DNA of 64,000 nt, from the NCBI GenBank assembly GCA_964611625.1, contig CAZTAM010000003.1, forward strand, positions 311,960-375,959. The letters are read 5' to 3'. Origin of the DNA: an uncultured Nitrospiraceae bacterium (GTDB lineage: Bacteria > Nitrospirota > 9FT-COMBO-42-15 > HDB-SIOI813). The stretch's first letter is position 1. Each line of letters starts with the position of its first letter. The notes below the pieces were generated by a model that saw nothing but the letters and a program-made list of their open reading frames with translations, made no database searches and was not told where the DNA came from. Below are positions 59,458 through 64,000 of the stretch, piece by piece. The position numbers and the translations under genes are program-made.

Positions 59458-60015
59458 ATGAATCTCAGTAAGAAGGTGATGTACTCAATAATTACAGTTC
59501 TCTTCCTTGCCGTTTTTTCCGTTCTTCCCGCAGGAGCAGAGGAAGCCAGAATAGGCTTTATAGATGCCCAGAAGATACTTGATGAAAGCTTAAGGGGTAA
59601 ACTGGTTAAAGACCAGCTGAATGAATATGTACAGAGCAGACAGAAGATAGTTGATATTGAAGAATCAGAATTGAAAAATCTTCAGGATGAGTTGACCAAG
59701 CAGGGGGCTGTCCTGAGTCCTGCAGCGAAACAGGAGAAGGAAGATCTGTTCCAGCGAAAATTCATGGAATATCAAAAAAAGGTATCAGAATTACAAAAAG
59801 AGATTCAGCAGAGAAGGACTGAAAAGCTGGATGAGTTTAATACTGAATTGGAAAAGATTACAAAAAGCCTGGGTGAAAAAGAAGGATATTCCATGATCTT
59901 AACTAACCTTGACGTAAACATCATCATTTATGCAAAACCATCCCTTAACCTTACTGAAAGGATAATACAGGAACTTGATAAGGGACTTACAAAGGAAAAA
60001 GACGGAAAGAAGTAG
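59458..60015 (+). CDS. skp: Periplasmic chaperone Skp (OmpH family)
   Basis: Signal peptide, coiled-coil-rich 185 aa, conserved bamA-skp-lpxD position; SD AAAGGAGA. Confidence 0.8.
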   Translation: MNLSKKVMYSIITVLFLAVFSVLPAGAEEARIGFIDAQKILDESLRGKLVKDQLNEYVQSRQKIVDIEESELKNLQDELTKQGAVLSPAAKQEKEDLFQRKFMEYQKKVSELQKEIQQRRTEKLDEFNTELEKITKSLGEKEGYSMILTNLDVNIIIYAKPSLNLTERIIQELDKGLTKEKDGKK

Positions 60016-60094
60016 ATTATAATATGATTCAGGATGAGAGGAAGTGGGTTGCGGGAAAATTGTATGGCATGACACAGGGAGACTCTATTTTAGG

Positions 60095-61132
60095 GTGAAG
60101 CGGAAACGAGAAATAAAGCTTGGAGATATTGCAAAAGCTATATGCGGCGAACTGATAAACGGGTCTGATGATACGCTGATATCAAATGCAGCAGGCCTTA
60201 AAGATGCCCGGCAGGGAGAAATCAGTTTCATTTCGCATCGCAGATTTCTTAAAGACATTGATAAGACTTCTGCTTCTGCATTAGTTATCCCGAAGGACAT
60301 GGTATTTGACAAACTGCCTGCCATTAAAGTTGACAACCCGTACTTTGCATTCTCACAGCTATTACACTTGTTCCATGACCAGCCCTACTCTGCCAGAGGA
60401 ATTGACAGCAGTGCATCTGTTGGAAGCAACGTGGAGCTGGGAGCGGATATATCAATCTACCCTTATGTTTATATCGGGAATAATGCAGTAATAGGGGACA
60501 ATGTCACCATATATCCTTTCACATTCATAGGTGAGGGCTCTGTTATAGGAAGTAATTCTGTCATATATTCAAATGTCACGGTACGGGAAATGTGCAGAAT
60601 AGGCGCCCGTGTTATCATACATAGCGGAGCTGTCATTGGCAGTGATGGTTTTGGTTATGTGACTCATCAGGGAACTCACCATAAAATACCTCAGATTGGA
60701 GGCGTCGTTATTGGCGATGACGTTGAGGTTGGCGCCAATACTACAATCGACAGGGCAACAACAGGGAACACAATCATCGGAAGGGGCACAAAGATAGATA
60801 ATCTTGTACAGGTAGCCCACAATGTTTCCATAGGAGAGCACTGCCTGTTTGCGGCTCAGTCAGGAATAGCAGGAAGTTCAACAACAGGCAATTACGTAGT
60901 AATGGCAGGTCAGTCAGGGGTGTCAGACCACATCAATATAGGAAATAATGTTATCCTCACCGGCAAGTCCGGAGCGACAAGGGATATAAAAGACGGTGAG
61001 ACAGTCTCAGGCGTTACCTCCATGCCCCATCGCAGCTGGCTCAAGTCAATGGCTGTTTTTGAGGACCTGCCTGAAATGAAAAAAAGGATTGCAGAGCTTG
61101 AGAAAAGACTGGAAGAGATAGAAGCGAAATAA
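60095..61132 (+). CDS. lpxD: UDP-3-O-acylglucosamine N-acyltransferase
   Basis: Left-handed beta-helix hexapeptide repeats, C-terminal helix; GTG at 60095 gives an E. coli-like N-terminus (track GTG 60044). Confidence 0.9.
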   Translation: MKRKREIKLGDIAKAICGELINGSDDTLISNAAGLKDARQGEISFISHRRFLKDIDKTSASALVIPKDMVFDKLPAIKVDNPYFAFSQLLHLFHDQPYSARGIDSSASVGSNVELGADISIYPYVYIGNNAVIGDNVTIYPFTFIGEGSVIGSNSVIYSNVTVREMCRIGARVIIHSGAVIGSDGFGYVTHQGTHHKIPQIGGVVIGDDVEVGANTTIDRATTGNTIIGRGTKIDNLVQVAHNVSIGEHCLFAAQSGIAGSSTTGNYVVMAGQSGVSDHINIGNNVILTGKSGATRDIKDGETVSGVTSMPHRSWLKSMAVFEDLPEMKKRIAELEKRLEEIEAK

Positions 61133-61164
61133 TTGTTTTTTCGAAGACCCTAAGGAGGCATTAT

Positions 61165-61602
61165 ATGGACATAAAAGAAATACTCCGGATACTCCCCCAT
61201 CGATACCCTTTTCTGCTTATTGATAAGATCACAGAATTAGAATTATCCAGGCGTATAGTCGGGATAAAAAATGTAACAATGAATGAGGGATTCTTTCAGG
61301 GACACTTTCCTGATTTTCCTGTCATGCCCGGTGTGCTGGTTATTGAAGCAATGGCACAGGTAGGATGTGTCCTGGCATATAAATCAGCGGAAACAACAAT
61401 GGATATATCAAACAAGCTGGTATACTTTGCCGGGATAGATAATGCCAGGTTCCGTAAACCAATAGTGCCAGGCGATCAAATCAGATTTGAATTAGAACTG
61501 CTGAGGGCAAAGGGTACCTTCTGGAAAATGAAGGGTGCCGCGATTGTTGACGGAGAGACGGCTTGTGACGCCGAGATCATGGCGATGCTGGGTGATAAGT
61601 AA
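61165..61602 (+). CDS. fabZ: 3-hydroxyacyl-ACP dehydratase
   Basis: ILPHRYPFLLID and GHFP motifs; SD AAGGAGG. Confidence 0.95.
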   Translation: MDIKEILRILPHRYPFLLIDKITELELSRRIVGIKNVTMNEGFFQGHFPDFPVMPGVLVIEAMAQVGCVLAYKSAETTMDISNKLVYFAGIDNARFRKPIVPGDQIRFELELLRAKGTFWKMKGAAIVDGETACDAEIMAMLGDK

Positions 61603-61642
61603 AGACAGGCAATGAGCAAAAAAACTCTGAGGAGTGTAAATA

Positions 61643-62419
61643 ATGAATAGAATCCATGAAACCGCGATTGTTGACCCTAAGGCTGAGTTAGGCGAGGGAG
61701 TGACTGTCGGCCCCTACTCTGTCATAGGCGAACATGTGATAATTGGGGATGGAACAGTTATTGATTCACATGCATTAATTGAAGGATGGACTACGATTGG
61801 CAGTAAATGCAGGATTTCATCGTTTACATCCATAGGGACGCCTCCACAGGATATTTCATATGCTGGTGAAGAAACAAAAGTTGTTATAGGCGACAGAAAC
61901 ACAATACGCGAATACACAACTATCCACAGGGGGACTAAAAAAGGCGGCGGTATTACTACTGTAGGTTCTGATAATTATATAATGGCGTATGTTCATATAG
62001 CGCATGACTGCATCATTGGAAACCATATAGTGATGGCAAATGCGGCAACCCTGGGCGGCCATGTCAAGATAGACGACTACGCAATTATCGGAGGGCTTAC
62101 AGGCATACACCAGTTCGTCCGCATCGGCGCATATTCCATGGTGGGGGCATGCTCTGCAGTGTCTCTCGACGTGCCTCCATACGTATCTGCAGTCGGTAAC
62201 AGGGCTGAGCTCTTTGGTTTAAACATAGTAGGTCTGAGGAGACAGGGTTTTGACAAGGCTCGGGTGCAGAAAATAAAAAAGGCTTATAACATACTATTCA
62301 GATCGAAGCTGCAGCTTAAAGAGGCAGTAAAAAGCGTCATCAAAGAGGTGCCTGTATCAGAAGATATGGACCGTATGATTAAGTTCATTAAAGAAACCAA
62401 ACGTGGAATATGCAGATGA
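61643..62419 (+). CDS. lpxA: Acyl-ACP:UDP-GlcNAc O-acyltransferase
   Basis: Hexapeptide-repeat beta-helix and C-terminal helical domain typical of LpxA. Confidence 0.9.
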   Translation: MNRIHETAIVDPKAELGEGVTVGPYSVIGEHVIIGDGTVIDSHALIEGWTTIGSKCRISSFTSIGTPPQDISYAGEETKVVIGDRNTIREYTTIHRGTKKGGGITTVGSDNYIMAYVHIAHDCIIGNHIVMANAATLGGHVKIDDYAIIGGLTGIHQFVRIGAYSMVGACSAVSLDVPPYVSAVGNRAELFGLNIVGLRRQGFDKARVQKIKKAYNILFRSKLQLKEAVKSVIKEVPVSEDMDRMIKFIKETKRGICR

Positions 62420-63216
62420 AACTCGGTATTATAGCCGGTGATGGCAGGTTTCCTGTTATTATTGCAGATGCGGCAGGAAAAAACGGCTATGAGACGATTG
62501 TCGTTGCACATACAGGGCTCACGTCACCGGATATTGAAAATGCAGCTGACAAGGTTTACTGGACTAAATTAGGCCAGTTGTCGGCGTTAATTAACATATT
62601 AAAAAAAGAGGAAATTACAGAGGCTATTATGGCCGGAGGTGTAAGTAAGCGGCTCATGTTTACCAATATCATGCCTGATATCAAGGCACTGGCACTTCTG
62701 GCAAGGCTTAAGGACAGAAAAGATGACACAATCCTGAGGGCCATTGCCGGACAATTGGAGAAAGAGGGCATAACCATCAATGCAGCGACAGCATATATAA
62801 AGACTATTCTTGCTGAAAATGGGACTCTGACTAAAACAGGACCTGAGGCTGATGAGTGGGAGGATATCCGTTTCGGCACTGTTATAGCTAAGGAAATAGG
62901 GAGACTTGACATAGGGCAGTGCATAATAGTCAAAAACCGTGCAGTAATAGCAGTGGAGGCTGTTGAAGGAACTGATGAAACCATACTCAGGGGAGGAAGA
63001 CTTGCCAATGGAGGAGCCGTTGTAATAAAACTGTGCAAACCTGATCAGGACACACGGTTTGACCTCCCCACAGTCGGACCGGCAACAATTGCCCGAATGG
63101 CTGAGACAAAATCGAGGGTACTCGCAATTGAAGCAGGACTGACTGTCATGATAGACAAGGATCAGATGCTGAGGGCTGCAGATGAGGCCGGCATATCGGT
63201 TGTAGGAATAGGGTAA
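62410..63216 (+). CDS. lpxI: UDP-2,3-diacylglucosamine hydrolase LpxI (DUF1009 family)
   Basis: 268 aa, LGIIAGDGRFP N-terminus and position right after lpxA as in lpxA-lpxI-lpxB clusters. Confidence 0.65.
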   Translation: MQMKLGIIAGDGRFPVIIADAAGKNGYETIVVAHTGLTSPDIENAADKVYWTKLGQLSALINILKKEEITEAIMAGGVSKRLMFTNIMPDIKALALLARLKDRKDDTILRAIAGQLEKEGITINAATAYIKTILAENGTLTKTGPEADEWEDIRFGTVIAKEIGRLDIGQCIIVKNRAVIAVEAVEGTDETILRGGRLANGGAVVIKLCKPDQDTRFDLPTVGPATIARMAETKSRVLAIEAGLTVMIDKDQMLRAADEAGISVVGIG

Positions 63217-63235
63217 TGAGAAGGGATAATTGAAT

Positions 63236-64000
63236 ATGATCGAAAAAACAAAAGTTGCTGTTATAGGAGTCGGGTATCTGGGTGAACATCACGCACGCAT
63301 CTACTCTTCCATGAATGATGTTGTTCTTGTCGGAGTTGTGGATGCTAACAGGGCAAGGGCGGATGAGATAGCTGCAAAATACTCTACCAGGGCATACTAT
63401 GACTACAGGGAGTTGCCGGGTGATGTTCAGGCAGTCAGCATTGCTGTCCCTACCAGTCTCCATCACAGCGTTTCACTCGATTTCATAAGACACAATATTG
63501 ACGTCCTGATAGAAAAACCTGTTACAACTACAGTTGAAGAGGCAGATACTCTGATTAATGAGGCACGCGAACGCGGTGTCCTTCTTCAGGTGGGTCATAT
63601 TGAGCGATTCAATTCTGCTTATAAGAGTTTACAGAACCATATCGGGAGACCCGGATTCATCGAGACTCACCGGCTTGGCCCTTATGTAGGACGCGGTATA
63701 GATGTTGACGTAATACTTGATCTTATGATTCATGACATTGACATAATATTATCCATCGTCAAGTCCGAAGTCGTTGATGTACGGGCACTTGGAGTCCCTG
63801 TCCTGACAAACAGCATTGATATGGCTAATGCACGGCTTGAGTTTTCAAACGGATGCGTGGCGAATCTTACAGCCAGCCGGGTATCCAGGGAAAGGGTGAG
63901 GAAAATCAGGATATTTCAGGCTGATACCTACATTACTATCGATTATGCTCATCAGAGTATGGGAATATACAGGAGAGTACTGGAGAATAACATTCCAAAA
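63236..64000 (+). CDS. Gfo/Idh/MocA-family NAD(P)-dependent oxidoreductase (3' partial, GnnA-like)
   Basis: Rossmann N-terminus VAVIGVGYLGEHHA and EKP motif; no stop within window; not in ORF track. Confidence 0.7.
   Translation, partial: MIEKTKVAVIGVGYLGEHHARIYSSMNDVVLVGVVDANRARADEIAAKYSTRAYYDYRELPGDVQAVSIAVPTSLHHSVSLDFIRHNIDVLIEKPVTTTVEEADTLINEARERGVLLQVGHIERFNSAYKSLQNHIGRPGFIETHRLGPYVGRGIDVDVILDLMIHDIDIILSIVKSEVVDVRALGVPVLTNSIDMANARLEFSNGCVANLTASRVSRERVRKIRIFQADTYITIDYAHQSMGIYRRVLENNIPK

Noticed and set aside
1-64000. CRISPR arrays, rRNA genes, transposases, integrases
   Set aside because: No regularly spaced direct repeats, no rRNA-like conserved segments, and no transposase- or integrase-like ORFs in any frame.

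Overview
The window looks like chromosomal DNA from a diderm (LPS-producing) bacterium with moderate-to-low GC; no taxon can be assigned from sequence alone. I found about 55 protein-coding genes, 3 tRNAs (Gln-CUG, Leu-CAA, Phe-GAA) and no rRNA, CRISPR array, transposase or integrase. All calls come from reading the six-frame translations and the DNA by eye; no database search or folding program was run, so family names are recalled motifs, not hits. Housekeeping blocks: a tightly packed minus-strand operon nusA-infB-DUF503-rbfA-nrnA-truB-rpsO-pnp-M16 peptidase; ribD-ribE; ppdK; cysteine synthase; glyQ-glyS; and a plus-strand envelope cluster bamA-skp-lpxD-fabZ-lpxA-lpxI followed by a Gfo/Idh/MocA oxidoreductase cut by the window end. 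Accessory content: (1) a three-gene glycolipid-modification module with an unusual PAP2-phosphatase/GT-C glycosyltransferase fusion, the best candidate for an undescribed system; (2) a GC-richer block beside tRNA-Leu carrying an RND efflux pair with a divergent MarR regulator; (3) an MMPL-type RND exporter with a LolA-like protein and a putative outer-membrane barrel; (4) AddAB-type helicase-nuclease; (5) two GGDEF diguanylate cyclases, one coupled to a DUF488 protein; (6) a ROK kinase translationally coupled to an ABC-2 exporter; (7) a QueG-like Fe-S protein next to an AzgA-type purine permease. The ORF track uses ATG, GTG and TTG starts and takes the longest ORF, so several starts were moved inward where an internal ATG with a Shine-Dalgarno sequence or a homolog N-terminus fits better.
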